Of a DNA stretch of 64,000 bases, positions 50,650-60,292 are shown piece after piece. The number at the start of each line of letters is the position of its first letter. The first letter of the stretch is position 1. The notes below the pieces were generated by a model that saw only the letters and a program-made list of their open reading frames with translations, was not told where the DNA came from and did not search any database. Origin of the DNA: a virus; IMG/VR virus record IMGVR_UViG_3300009550_000008, one strand, 5' to 3'. Position numbers and translations under genes: made by a program.

Positions 50650-50821
50650 GAATCAAACCAAGATATTTAAGTGTTATTGTCAAGAATGTAAATCCGAATG
50701 TGAAGTCGAGCATGAAATGGATGCACACCACTATCCAGTGTGTCATTGTCCGTTTTGTGGATGTGAGGTCGATGAAGATCAGATTGAAGAACTAGAATAT
50801 GAAGATGGAGATATACTGTAA
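50642..50821 (+). CDS. Small zinc-ribbon protein (not in ORF track)
   Basis: 59 aa; CQEC ... CPFC. Confidence 0.65.
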   Translation: MTENQTKIFKCYCQECKSECEVEHEMDAHHYPVCHCPFCGCEVDEDQIEELEYEDGDIL

Positions 50822-51107
50822 ACAAAAGAACTTATTAGACCTTGCAATTAGTCATGCTAAGGCACTTAGCGTCGATTCTAAGGACGCTATAGTAACTATT
50901 AAACGATTACCACCACAATTCTCTCAGAAGGGTCTTATAGAGTACCCTAGAACCCTCGGAAAAAGAACTTATATCGATATATTCATCAAAATGGATGAAG
51001 AAAAAGAGATCACACTTGCACATGAAATGATGCATGTCAAACAGGTGTTAATTGACGGCGTAATCGATGAAAATGAGGCATATTTGTACGAAAAAACGGC
51101 CATTTAG
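50799..51107 (+). CDS. Small HEXXH metallopeptidase-like protein
   Basis: TLAHEMMHVKQ...ENEAY. Confidence 0.7.
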   Translation: MKMEIYCKQKNLLDLAISHAKALSVDSKDAIVTIKRLPPQFSQKGLIEYPRTLGKRTYIDIFIKMDEEKEITLAHEMMHVKQVLIDGVIDENEAYLYEKTAI

Positions 51108-51110
51108 GCC

Positions 51111-51140
51111 TTGACAATGGGCCGGGCTTTGTACTATAAT
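51111..51140 (+). promoter_or_regulatory. Sigma70-type early promoter
   Basis: GGCC-TTGACA-18 bp-TATAAT; ATG 6 nt later. Confidence 0.8.
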
Positions 51141-51146
51141 GTATAC

Positions 51147-51659
51147 ATGATTGAGAAAAAGCAAACGGTAAAAAGAATCTTCGTTGATATGGACGGAGTT
51201 GTTGCAGACTTCCTGACTGGGTGTTCTGCAATGATGGGTAAACCCCTTACTTCTGATGATGCTGGTCATACTGAGTATGATAACAGAAAAGAAGAATTAA
51301 CTAACAAAAGATTATTTGGTATGTTACCACCTATGGTTGACTATGCAGACTTGATTGGATATATCAAGCACACTGGTCTTCCTTGGGAAATACTAACAGC
51401 TGCTGGTACTATCAACAGAGAGTTAGTAGTTTATGATAAAAACAAGTGGGTTAGAAAGTATATTGACCCTAGTGTGGTTATCACTTGTACTTTCAGTGGA
51501 ACTCAGAAAGCTGCATTTGCAAAGAAAGGTAGTGTTCTGATCGATGATAGACCAAAGAACATAAAAGCATGGGAAGATGCTGGTGGTATTGGTATCGTCC
51601 ACGAAAGTGCTGAAAAAACAATTTTAAAGTTAAAGGAGTTAAGAAATGGTGGAAGTTAA
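51147..51659 (+). CDS. HAD-family 5'(3')-deoxyribonucleotidase
   Basis: FVDMDGVVADF, ILTA, LIDDRPKN, WEDAGG. Confidence 0.85.
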   Translation: MIEKKQTVKRIFVDMDGVVADFLTGCSAMMGKPLTSDDAGHTEYDNRKEELTNKRLFGMLPPMVDYADLIGYIKHTGLPWEILTAAGTINRELVVYDKNKWVRKYIDPSVVITCTFSGTQKAAFAKKGSVLIDDRPKNIKAWEDAGGIGIVHESAEKTILKLKELRNGGS

Positions 51660-51852
51660 AAGAGTAAGTCCTCTTTCAGGTCAAACCAACAGTATGTATC
51701 TTGATATATCTGCAGAGCAGATCGAAGAGTGGAACAAACCACCTTCACAACGAAGATATATCCAAGAGATATTTCCTAATTTAACTCAAGATGAGCGTGA
51801 GTTCATCATGACAGGTTACACAGTTGCCGATTGGAAGGCAATGCTAGTTTAA
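51646..51852 (+). CDS. Conserved small phage protein
   Basis: IQEIFPNLTQDEREFIMTG. Confidence 0.7.
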   Translation: MVEVKRVSPLSGQTNSMYLDISAEQIEEWNKPPSQRRYIQEIFPNLTQDEREFIMTGYTVADWKAMLV

Positions 51853-52069
51853 GTCAAGAGTAAATGGTCTATGTGGTTCCCGAGACGAGTATAAGAGTGG
51901 GGATTCGGAAACCCACCCCCATAGATTCCCCAAGGTTCACTACCTTGCTTGAAAGATAGAGAGAAAAACCTATTAGTGATAGGTGACTTAGGGACTCAAG
52001 ACTAGAAACCCCTCGACACTGCTGAAGAGTATTGAATGAAGAGGGGTTTTGTTTCACCTATATATTACT

Positions 52070-52363
52070 ATGTTAAATAAACTCAAGAATATCCTTATCT
52101 CCATATTCTTATGGAGTGTAAAAGTAACCAAGGCAATCGGTCTTGAGATACAATCATGGTTTATTACACGGTATAAGGTCACTGTATCATTCAATAAAGA
52201 ATGGGGCGATGCAGATGATCGATCATACATAACAAAAAAGATCATTACTCAGAAAGAAAGGCACTTGAAATTTCGGGATGAGAATGGTAAAATAGTAGAG
52301 TATCGAAGTGCAGCTGGACTGAACTATATAATCGAAGACTACGAGTACGGAGAAGAAGAATAA
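52070..52363 (+). CDS. Hypothetical protein
   Basis: ORF coupled to the downstream gene. Confidence 0.6.
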   Translation: MLNKLKNILISIFLWSVKVTKAIGLEIQSWFITRYKVTVSFNKEWGDADDRSYITKKIITQKERHLKFRDENGKIVEYRSAAGLNYIIEDYEYGEEE

Positions 52364-52746
52364 TGCAACAGATGTTAATCACATTAATACTTGTTCTTGG
52401 TGTAGGTTCTTATTACCTATACAATCAGAATGTTACTCTCAAAGAGAATAACACCAAATTAGAATATGCAATTGCTGAACAACAGTCAGCGATGGAAGCA
52501 CTAAGAGAATCATATGAATTACAAGGTAAATCTTTGTTGAATATGAGTAGAAGGAATGCAGAGATAGAACAGGAGAAAGCTGAATATCTTGCAATCTTTA
52601 GTAGACACAATTTAGATTTACTTGCATTGAAGAAGCCTGGCATGATAGAACTCAGGTTTAACAATGGAAGTGAAGATGTAATGGAGACAATGGAAGATGA
52701 AACAGAAGACCTTTATAAGCTTACTGTCCCTGACACTACTGATTAG
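52363..52746 (+). CDS. Putative inner-membrane spanin (Rz-like)
   Basis: N-terminal TM, coiled coil, LALKKPGMIE; overlaps a lipoprotein gene. Confidence 0.65.
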   Translation: MQQMLITLILVLGVGSYYLYNQNVTLKENNTKLEYAIAEQQSAMEALRESYELQGKSLLNMSRRNAEIEQEKAEYLAIFSRHNLDLLALKKPGMIELRFNNGSEDVMETMEDETEDLYKLTVPDTTD

Positions 52747-53245
52747 TGGTTGTTCTCTTCTCCCTGAGAAGAAGATACAGATAAACTCTACTCCAATAGA
52801 GATAGAGATTTTGCAACCTGATTTACCACGACCAGTACAATTGACAGCACCTAAATGGTTTGTAGTATCAGAGGCAAAGATTGTTAATCCATGTAAGAGA
52901 AGTATTCCATTCGACCCACCTAAGTTTAATGATGAGGGTGTGGAAGAACTTAAAAGACCTAAGACATGTGAACTATCAGAAAGGGACAATCCTGATTGGC
53001 CTGTGGGTTACACATATCTAGATCGATTCCTAGACGAAATGAAGCGTCAGAATAACGGTGAAGTGTTATTCGTTGCAACCACTATCGGTGACTACAAAGT
53101 CATGGCAGAGGATATGCAAGAACTAAGACGATACATCAATCAACTTGGAGAAGTTATTATATATTATAGAAATGTTACAATCAAGGGTGAACCCGCGGTT
53201 GGAGCTGCAGTGACGAAGAATGAGACCTCCAAAGATAAAGAATAA
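52697..53245 (+). CDS. Putative outer-membrane spanin lipoprotein (Rz1-like)
   Basis: Lipobox LISGC, Pro-rich, C-terminal ELRRYINQL..VIIYY. Confidence 0.65.
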   Translation: MKQKTFISLLSLTLLISGCSLLPEKKIQINSTPIEIEILQPDLPRPVQLTAPKWFVVSEAKIVNPCKRSIPFDPPKFNDEGVEELKRPKTCELSERDNPDWPVGYTYLDRFLDEMKRQNNGEVLFVATTIGDYKVMAEDMQELRRYINQLGEVIIYYRNVTIKGEPAVGAAVTKNETSKDKE

Positions 53246-53966
53246 TCAATTAGAATTTGCACCATACAATAATACTGTATATCAAATCTTCCCAACACCT
53301 TTTCTAAGAGGTGAATTAAGACTACCTCATCAACAGGTAGCAAAAGATTGTGAGTTCCTTATAGGTGAGATCAAGAAGTTTGATGATGACCCTAAAAGAT
53401 ATTACACCACATATTTCCATGAAAATGTAAGAGAAATGATGCGTAATACAGAGTGGTACACATCGTTTGCAAATCAGATCAAGGACACCTACATCGATTT
53501 CATAAGACAGAGTTTTGATATGAGAGTCGATCATCTATCTCGTAATGATATACATCTATTTGCATGGGTAAGTGTTTGGGAAGAAGGTATTACACATACC
53601 TATCACAATCATCAAGACTGCTTAATCAGTGGTACATACTATCCAGTAAACGAAGGTGGTCAATCAATCAAATTCTTAAGTCCTAATGTACATGCACAAC
53701 ATCCTTATGGTGGTCAGAGAATACAGGACTACAAATTAGATATGCCTAATACCAAAGGGATTGGTTCAGGACATAGTCACATTGAAATGGAGATCAACCC
53801 GACATGTGGAGAATCCATGATGTGGCCATCAACACTATTACATACAGTATCAGAACAACAAGGTGAATATAGACGAGTTGCAATATCATTTAACTTAAAA
53901 CATAACGACCCTCTAACACATACAGAGGACGGAGAGGATTTATCATATGAATTTCTACAGTATTGA
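53220..53966 (+). CDS. 2OG-Fe(II) oxygenase
   Basis: IFPTP, HNH..ISGTYY, WPSTLLHTV, RVAISFN. Confidence 0.85.
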   Translation: MRPPKIKNNQLEFAPYNNTVYQIFPTPFLRGELRLPHQQVAKDCEFLIGEIKKFDDDPKRYYTTYFHENVREMMRNTEWYTSFANQIKDTYIDFIRQSFDMRVDHLSRNDIHLFAWVSVWEEGITHTYHNHQDCLISGTYYPVNEGGQSIKFLSPNVHAQHPYGGQRIQDYKLDMPNTKGIGSGHSHIEMEINPTCGESMMWPSTLLHTVSEQQGEYRRVAISFNLKHNDPLTHTEDGEDLSYEFLQY

Positions 53967-54630
53967 TACGCTATTCAAGCAATCAGCTGAATGGGATGTT
54001 ACTTGGGATGATGATCTACAATGTTTCATGATAGATAATTACTACGAAGACCCCGAGGGTGTTTTCAATCATCTTGAGAAGAGAGATATACCATTATGGA
54101 AGTATAACGAAGAACGAGAAACCCCTAATGGACGCGATTACATTGATGCAAGGGTAGTAGATAAGGTAGGCCACCCTACTAGAATATGGTGGAACTCTAT
54201 GGAAAGAGTATTAGATATATGTAGAATCAAATGGCATAAGGGTGATTACACTTGGAGAGACGATATCGAAGTGAACTGTTTTAAGACTAAGACAATCTTT
54301 GATAACAAATTACAACACTACCCACATATCGATGGGAACTTTGATGACCCTGATAACGAAGCAGTTATCAATATGCTGGTCTATCTAGATAAACAAGAGG
54401 ATGGTGGAACTGCAGTATACGAACAATGCTGGACTCCTAACATGGAACACGAAGGTCTGATTCAACCAGTAGAAGAAATGATGGACTTAAAACATGTTAT
54501 ACCAGCTAAATATAATAGATGTGTATTGTTCCTAGGAAACAAAATGCATGGTGCATATATAAAAGACTATAAACAATATGAACACAGCTGGAGATACTCT
54601 CAAGTAATGTTCTTTCACCCTAAAAGATAA
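53947..54630 (+). CDS. 2OG-Fe(II) oxygenase
   Basis: PHID, VYLD..GGTAVY, KYNRCVLF..MHGA, RYSQVMF. Confidence 0.82.
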   Translation: MNFYSIDTLFKQSAEWDVTWDDDLQCFMIDNYYEDPEGVFNHLEKRDIPLWKYNEERETPNGRDYIDARVVDKVGHPTRIWWNSMERVLDICRIKWHKGDYTWRDDIEVNCFKTKTIFDNKLQHYPHIDGNFDDPDNEAVINMLVYLDKQEDGGTAVYEQCWTPNMEHEGLIQPVEEMMDLKHVIPAKYNRCVLFLGNKMHGAYIKDYKQYEHSWRYSQVMFFHPKR

Positions 54631-55235
54631 TGCCAAAGCAAAGAGTACAAGTAATACACAATGATACTGATGCACCAAAGAAAGCTGGTGATGGTAACTT
54701 TTTGATTGTTCATGATGAGGCAGTCAATCCAGCCATGTGTGCAGAGATCATAGAAAGGTTTGAAGAGATACCACTTGTCGAAGTAGAAGCTCACGGTGGT
54801 AATAAGTTCTTACCAGTAGATGAGTCATATCATGGTGTAACACATAGATATGAATCTCAAGGTAGAATACACGGTAACATATTTCCAGGCCATCTCTTTA
54901 ATGACATATTTGATATGGTAGGATTTGCATTACCAAAGGGTATGGAGTTTGGTGAAGTTAATTATGTACAGATTATAAAGTATCCCGAAGGTTCATTCTT
55001 TCCATGGCATAAAGATGTCGCAGATGATCGTGATACGGGAACAGCAATATTAATGTTAAATGACAACTTTGTAGGTGGTCAATTAAATGTAGCTGGTCAT
55101 AGGTTCTTGACCAAGCAGGGAACTATCATAGGATTTAACAATCCTACTAAAGTTTTCCATAATGTAGAACCAATATATAAGGGGAGTCGATACTGTTTAG
55201 CAATATGGTTCGGTCTCGCATTAGAAGAAGAATAA
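54630..55235 (+). CDS. 2OG-Fe(II) oxygenase
   Basis: WHKD, LNDNFVGG, FHNVEPI..GSRY. Confidence 0.88.
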   Translation: MPKQRVQVIHNDTDAPKKAGDGNFLIVHDEAVNPAMCAEIIERFEEIPLVEVEAHGGNKFLPVDESYHGVTHRYESQGRIHGNIFPGHLFNDIFDMVGFALPKGMEFGEVNYVQIIKYPEGSFFPWHKDVADDRDTGTAILMLNDNFVGGQLNVAGHRFLTKQGTIIGFNNPTKVFHNVEPIYKGSRYCLAIWFGLALEEE

Positions 55236-55247
55236 CCAAGAGGAAAA

Positions 55248-55472
55248 GTGCCAGTAAAATTCGGAAAAACATCAACTAACTACAATCGTGCAACAGGGAA
55301 AACAACTTTGGTGCATGACTATATGAAGTGTAAATCGAATTCGGAACTGATAGAGGCATATAATAAAGATGGTATCAAACCAAAACTCAAACAGAAAGTC
55401 AAGAATGAAATTGTTCGAAGAAATAAGTTGGGAATTGCAAGGGTAGTCTTTAATGCTATTCCATCAGAGTAA
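55248..55472 (+). CDS. Hypothetical basic protein
   Basis: GAGG RBS, GTG start. Confidence 0.6.
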   Translation: MPVKFGKTSTNYNRATGKTTLVHDYMKCKSNSELIEAYNKDGIKPKLKQKVKNEIVRRNKLGIARVVFNAIPSE

Positions 55473-56073
55473 AATCGGATTTGTACATGTACCACGAACA
55501 GGTGGTACGAGTGTAGAACACGCCCTCATGAAAAAGTATCCTCAAGTGGTACAACTTCATGCAAATAAGTTCTATGATAGACCAATTATAAAAGTTATAT
55601 CAGTACATACACTGAAACTGCCAGGCGGTGAGTTGGAATATCAAAAGAAACATGCAACACACGATGAGTTATGGGAAGTAGCAAAGAACTATAAGTTCTA
55701 TGCAACTGTAAGACATCCCTTGAGACGATTAGAGTCGATGTATAGACTACTGACATTTTCTCAAACAGATGGAGTCCCTTGGACAACATTAGAGTTTAAT
55801 GAATGGGTATATAATCTAGTAGAGAATTATACCATGATGGAAGAACAGGACATATTAGATAGTTCTATGTTCCATCTAACACAATCTGCAATGATAGGTA
55901 ATGCAGAATGGCATAAGACAGAGGAAGGTACTATATGGGAAGCACTCGATATAGAACCAAGACATGATTATAAATTGTCTGACCAACCTATCGATTGCAA
56001 TTGGAGTAGTGAATCACTGCAAATGATAAGGAATTATTATGCAGAAGATTTTGAAAGATTTAGTTATAGATAA
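55453..56073 (+). CDS. Sulfotransferase family protein
   Basis: FVHVPRTGGTS (5'-PSB), VRHPLRRLESMY (3'-PB), YYAEDFERFSY. Confidence 0.85.
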   Translation: MLFHQSKIGFVHVPRTGGTSVEHALMKKYPQVVQLHANKFYDRPIIKVISVHTLKLPGGELEYQKKHATHDELWEVAKNYKFYATVRHPLRRLESMYRLLTFSQTDGVPWTTLEFNEWVYNLVENYTMMEEQDILDSSMFHLTQSAMIGNAEWHKTEEGTIWEALDIEPRHDYKLSDQPIDCNWSSESLQMIRNYYAEDFERFSYR

Positions 56074-56074
56074 T

Positions 56075-56150
56075 GGGGCGGTAGCTCAGTAGGGAGAGCG
56101 ACTGGTTTGCATCCAGTAGGTCGTAGGTTCGATTCCTATTCGCTCCACCA
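56075..56150 (+). tRNA. tRNA-Ala (anticodon TGC)
   Basis: Acceptor GGGGCGG/TCGCTCC with G3:U70, ACTGG-TT TGC AT-CCAGT, GGTTCGATTCC, encoded CCA. Confidence 0.96.
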
Positions 56151-56163
56151 TCATCGAGAACAT

Positions 56164-56769
56164 ATGGAAAAGAGAACAGTTAAACAGGAAGATACAAGAG
56201 AAGTACATGATCTAGGAGAACATATTATCTTATTTGATAATTACTTCTCAAATGAATTTTGTGAGGACTGTATTACGATCTTTGAAGAAGCAGAAGCATC
56301 AGGATTAGTAGTAGGTAGACAGAATAGTGGTCTATCGATCAAAGATCAAGCTCTTATTCATACTCAAATACCAGCGAGTTCATTACCACTTGCAAAACAT
56401 CTAGTCGATATAATCAACTACGATATAATACCTGAGTTTCTCAAGAAATATGATATTGCATCACAATATGATTGCATCAATGTAGGTGGTGCAAAGATAC
56501 AAAAGACATTACCAACAGAGGGATATCATGTCTGGCATATGGAACATTCCAATCAGATGGATAGTTATAGATCAATATGTGCATGGGCATTGTTTTTAAA
56601 TGATGTAGAAGAAGGTGGTGAACTAGAATTCCTATATCAATCTAAGAGAATAAAACCAAAGAAAGGAGATTTTGTATTGTGGCCTGCTGGATATACCCAT
56701 CACCATAGAGGTAATCCACCACTAAAAGGAGTCAAATACATATACACAGGATGGCTAGATACTTTATAA
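56164..56769 (+). CDS. 2OG-Fe(II) oxygenase
   Basis: GYHVWHME, LNDVEEGGE, WPAGYTHHHRGNPP..KY. Confidence 0.9.
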   Translation: MEKRTVKQEDTREVHDLGEHIILFDNYFSNEFCEDCITIFEEAEASGLVVGRQNSGLSIKDQALIHTQIPASSLPLAKHLVDIINYDIIPEFLKKYDIASQYDCINVGGAKIQKTLPTEGYHVWHMEHSNQMDSYRSICAWALFLNDVEEGGELEFLYQSKRIKPKKGDFVLWPAGYTHHHRGNPPLKGVKYIYTGWLDTL

Positions 56770-57287
56770 GAAAAATATTAGATAGAGATATCGACACTCT
56801 CATTCGATACGAACAGAGAGAGGCAAGAGGTACAGATATCACACTATCTGCAAAGAACAGAGAACAATGGCAACATTGTATAGACACATATGAATATCCT
56901 ATTGCATTGATCGACAGTGAGTCTGATCTATTGTGGGGATGGTTACTTGCATGTCAGGTAGAAAATAACATATGGATAAGACAAATATTCATACTCAAAG
57001 AATATCGTGCATCACTGGCTGCAGATAATCCTGAAAGAATGGAATATGCAGAAGGATTTGGTGCTGAATATGATACTGATGAGTCAAAGACAAAAAGACC
57101 AATACCATATATCATGGCAGAAGCAGAGAGACTCGGTGGTTATGCAATATCACCTATTGCAGCTGATAACCATGTAGCAATACAACACCTTACATATAGA
57201 AAATGGTCTACAGAAGGTAAACAATGGTTATACCCTGAATGGTATAATGGTGAGACCATGAGAATAATACTTTGGAATGATGTATAG
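56751..57287 (+). CDS. Hypothetical protein, possible GNAT fold
   Basis: IWIRQIFILKEYR resembles GNAT motif A. Confidence 0.5.
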   Translation: MARYFIRKILDRDIDTLIRYEQREARGTDITLSAKNREQWQHCIDTYEYPIALIDSESDLLWGWLLACQVENNIWIRQIFILKEYRASLAADNPERMEYAEGFGAEYDTDESKTKRPIPYIMAEAERLGGYAISPIAADNHVAIQHLTYRKWSTEGKQWLYPEWYNGETMRIILWNDV

Positions 57288-57504
57288 TTTTGAAGAAGTA
57301 AAAAAACTCTTGTTGAGACAAGAGAAATATATAACATATAAGTCGCTGACCAGCGACAAAGAACACACTAGATTAGTAACAATACCGAAGGACTTTCAAA
57401 AAGACTCGGACAAGATAGTAGTATGGGATATGAATTTATCATCATGGCACGATGTGCAGATAAACACCATAGTATCTATTGTAGAGCCAGTTTCTGATGT
57501 ATAA
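57277..57504 (+). CDS. Small WYL/SH3-like protein
   Basis: ITYKS...VVWDMNLSSWHDV. Confidence 0.5.
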   Translation: MMYSFEEVKKLLLRQEKYITYKSLTSDKEHTRLVTIPKDFQKDSDKIVVWDMNLSSWHDVQINTIVSIVEPVSDV

Positions 57505-57593
57505 ATACTAATGTGACAATTATGTGACAAGAACGAGTAGGGAAACCGAAGGTCAGTCACGGATAGTTACAACACATAATGGAGGAGATAACA

Positions 57594-57704
57594 ATGCGTA
57601 ACTTTGCATCATTGTCTGCCTCGTATCTTAGGAAACAGGGTAGACAATTTCATAAACTAATGAAATCGGGTAGACTGAATAAAGTAATCAACGCTTCGTT
57701 CTAA
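57594..57704 (+). CDS. 36-aa basic peptide (not in ORF track)
   Basis: GGAGGAG RBS; MRNFASLSASYLRKQGRQFHKLMKSGRLNKVINASF. Confidence 0.55.
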   Translation: MRNFASLSASYLRKQGRQFHKLMKSGRLNKVINASF

Positions 57705-57802
57705 AACCCTATTGAGGATATACGACTCTAGTGTTATAATTATAGTATTAGAGTCGTGTACTAAATAAGTGAGTACATAATTTAAGGAGTGAAAAATATA
57801 TT

Positions 57803-58705
57803 ATGGCAGTTGCAAATATCTATGTTTATTGTGGTGAAGGTGGGTTATCCATATCTGATGTCAATCGACTATCAGAATCACTATCCACAAATCGTCAATG
57901 GGAATCCCACGAAGGGATTAGTCTTACAAGCTTAACCGTTATAACTAACGAGGACAGCGATCAATTCTACAATCAAGGTGGAAGAGTTATATTCCAACCA
58001 TACACATATGACTATGGTGGATTTTGGAATCATATAACATGTTACAAACAAGGATATCTAGATCAACATGATGATGATAAAGTTATAGTTATTACTACAC
58101 CTATGATATGTCATGATCTAGTCGGAATCCCTATGTTAGAACATGCACCAGTACAAGGTAAGACTGAGAACGCATCACAGAATATCGATGATGAAGATAA
58201 GAAACTCATCATAGATCAACAACTATATCCAGTGCAACAATTCAATAACTGGTACAACGATGAAACAGACTTTTCACCATTCTTTATGGGTTGTGCAGCG
58301 GGTACTGCAAGAATGATATACAATGCATTGAATGATAATATCGAAGAATTAAAAGCTGATTATGACCCAACTCCATATGGTCTACAGCAATATCTAGAAT
58401 GTGAACTCGAAGAGAAGTTCTTTTGGATGAATCAACCTAAAGGTATCATTGCACCTTATACTATAGGTAATAAGGATGCACAACTAGAACGAAATGAACT
58501 ATGGGAATCAAATGTAAGACCATGGTTTGTTGATAATCCTCCTGATGGATATGGATGGAGAGGACTAGGTGGTGAAGCTGAATCTCTTCTATGGGAATTC
58601 ACTCATGAATGGCGTACCATATCAAGACAAGTAAGTTTTATACATTTCGAGGGAGACACAGATACTATTCTAGAGGATGAGTTTGCTCGATGGTGGATAT
58701 TGTAA
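57803..58705 (+). CDS. Hypothetical protein, possibly a degenerate glycosyltransferase fold
   Basis: AAGGAG RBS; LTVITN ... FIHFEG. Confidence 0.5.
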   Translation: MAVANIYVYCGEGGLSISDVNRLSESLSTNRQWESHEGISLTSLTVITNEDSDQFYNQGGRVIFQPYTYDYGGFWNHITCYKQGYLDQHDDDKVIVITTPMICHDLVGIPMLEHAPVQGKTENASQNIDDEDKKLIIDQQLYPVQQFNNWYNDETDFSPFFMGCAAGTARMIYNALNDNIEELKADYDPTPYGLQQYLECELEEKFFWMNQPKGIIAPYTIGNKDAQLERNELWESNVRPWFVDNPPDGYGWRGLGGEAESLLWEFTHEWRTISRQVSFIHFEGDTDTILEDEFARWWIL

Positions 58706-59604
58706 AAAAATACCATAGTAAACATACTTCTTTCTTTACACCCGAAGAATGTCAACACATAATATCCGTCTTTGAGAAATACAAGGATGATATTCCACAT
58801 GGAACAGAAGATGAGACTGGTTACACAGGTCTCACATCGACCTTCATGCATTATAATTGGCTATATAATGAGGAACTACAAGACCTCAATATAGAACAAC
58901 GATTATTTAATCTACCTGAATTCAGTAAATGGCAATACATGACACTCCAGTGTTGGGGTAATGCATTACATGTAGGAGAAGACCTAAAACAACATAGTCA
59001 TGGTCATGATTTAAATAGTATGGGTCAGAAAGAAGAATTCAGACGGTTTATGTTCTATAATGCCAATATATTCCTTGGTGGTGAATACGATGAAACATGG
59101 TACGAAGATCAAGGATATGTAAACAACGAGATCGGTGATATACACATATTTACATGTGATCTAGAGCATCGAGTCGATAAGAATACAGGGAATGATACAA
59201 GATATTCTATGGCAATCGACATATACCCTGAATTTAATAAACACCTAGACAACACCGAAAGATATAAATTATGCAAGAATGAGTATACTAATTTCCGTGA
59301 TACCATTGCAATGAGATTTTATATTGCACGGGCGTTGTTTGCAATAGATTTTCACAACACGAAGATACTCGAAGAAAGTCAGCTAGAAAATAAAAAAGCT
59401 GTCAGATTCCATACTGAACAAAGAGAACGCTTAATTGAATGGTCAAACCACTACAAAGATTGGGTACATGAACTAGAAGAAGAGAATAGACAATACGGAT
59501 TTGAACCTGATGTACCACCACTGCATTTTGATGTAGATAGAGCATCCTCTAGACACACTATATTTAAGAAAGTCATCGACCCCTTTACAGATAAACCTAA
59601 GTAG
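58690..59604 (+). CDS. 2OG-Fe(II) oxygenase
   Basis: CWGN..HSH, LEHRV, RYSMAIDI. Confidence 0.78.
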   Translation: MVDIVKKYHSKHTSFFTPEECQHIISVFEKYKDDIPHGTEDETGYTGLTSTFMHYNWLYNEELQDLNIEQRLFNLPEFSKWQYMTLQCWGNALHVGEDLKQHSHGHDLNSMGQKEEFRRFMFYNANIFLGGEYDETWYEDQGYVNNEIGDIHIFTCDLEHRVDKNTGNDTRYSMAIDIYPEFNKHLDNTERYKLCKNEYTNFRDTIAMRFYIARALFAIDFHNTKILEESQLENKKAVRFHTEQRERLIEWSNHYKDWVHELEEENRQYGFEPDVPPLHFDVDRASSRHTIFKKVIDPFTDKPK

Positions 59605-60292
59605 GTTTAGTCTTAGTCACATAGTCAGGAGCCGACTTATATCCAGTATCCTTATTGTGTTCGATATTAGTATTTAATCTATTCTCATCGAATATATTAA
59701 AGTTATACACCCATCGATCACTGTTTCTATCCCCACTATACCAATGATATGAGTATTGACTACTACAGAATAGATATGCATGATTTACCTTCCATGGAAT
59801 AAACATATCACTCTCTTCACCGTTTAATCCACAAAACATCGTAGGTACAGACTTCACAGGACGCAGCGGGAATATACAGGTCAACATCTTACCAGCATCC
59901 GTATGAGGTGGATAATCTCTCATATTACGAGGAGAACCCTGAACCCTATCCGTAAGAAACATACGAGACTCGCGGGATACAGACTTCTGAATATCAAAAC
60001 GATAAGAAGCGTCTATATGATTGTCCCTAAACCATTCAAAGACATTATACCAGTTCTCCATGATGATTTCAGTCTTACGGGGAGTGGGTATATTAAAGAT
60101 AACGGTATTAGGATAGGTATCAGAGGGGATACCATGTGTCCACATATTAGTTCCATGGTCATAGTGATCGTTACATGCATGCTCTATTGCCTCTAATTCC
60201 TTCTGAGTACAATACTCAGGAATCTCTAATACTATGCCATATTTGTCCTTGGGAAAGGGTGCAGAATATATTTTGAAGGGCAGAAAGTCCAT
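59597..60292 (-). CDS. 2OG-Fe(II) oxygenase (the only clear minus-strand gene)
   Basis: YPPHTD, SYHWY, DRWVYNFN. Confidence 0.75.
   Translation of the reverse strand: MDFLPFKIYSAPFPKDKYGIVLEIPEYCTQKELEAIEHACNDHYDHGTNMWTHGIPSDTYPNTVIFNIPTPRKTEIIMENWYNVFEWFRDNHIDASYRFDIQKSVSRESRMFLTDRVQGSPRNMRDYPPHTDAGKMLTCIFPLRPVKSVPTMFCGLNGEESDMFIPWKVNHAYLFCSSQYSYHWYSGDRNSDRWVYNFNIFDENRLNTNIEHNKDTGYKSAPDYVTKTKPT

Noticed and set aside
56107-56163. N-terminal extension of the 56107-56769 ORF
   Set aside because: It overlaps tRNA-Ala; the real start is more likely ATG 56164.
57512-57529. TGTGA repeat as a CRP site linked to the phage cyclase
   Set aside because: It is a direct repeat (TGTGACA x2), not the TGTGA-N6-TCACA palindrome; better explained as part of an RNA stem.
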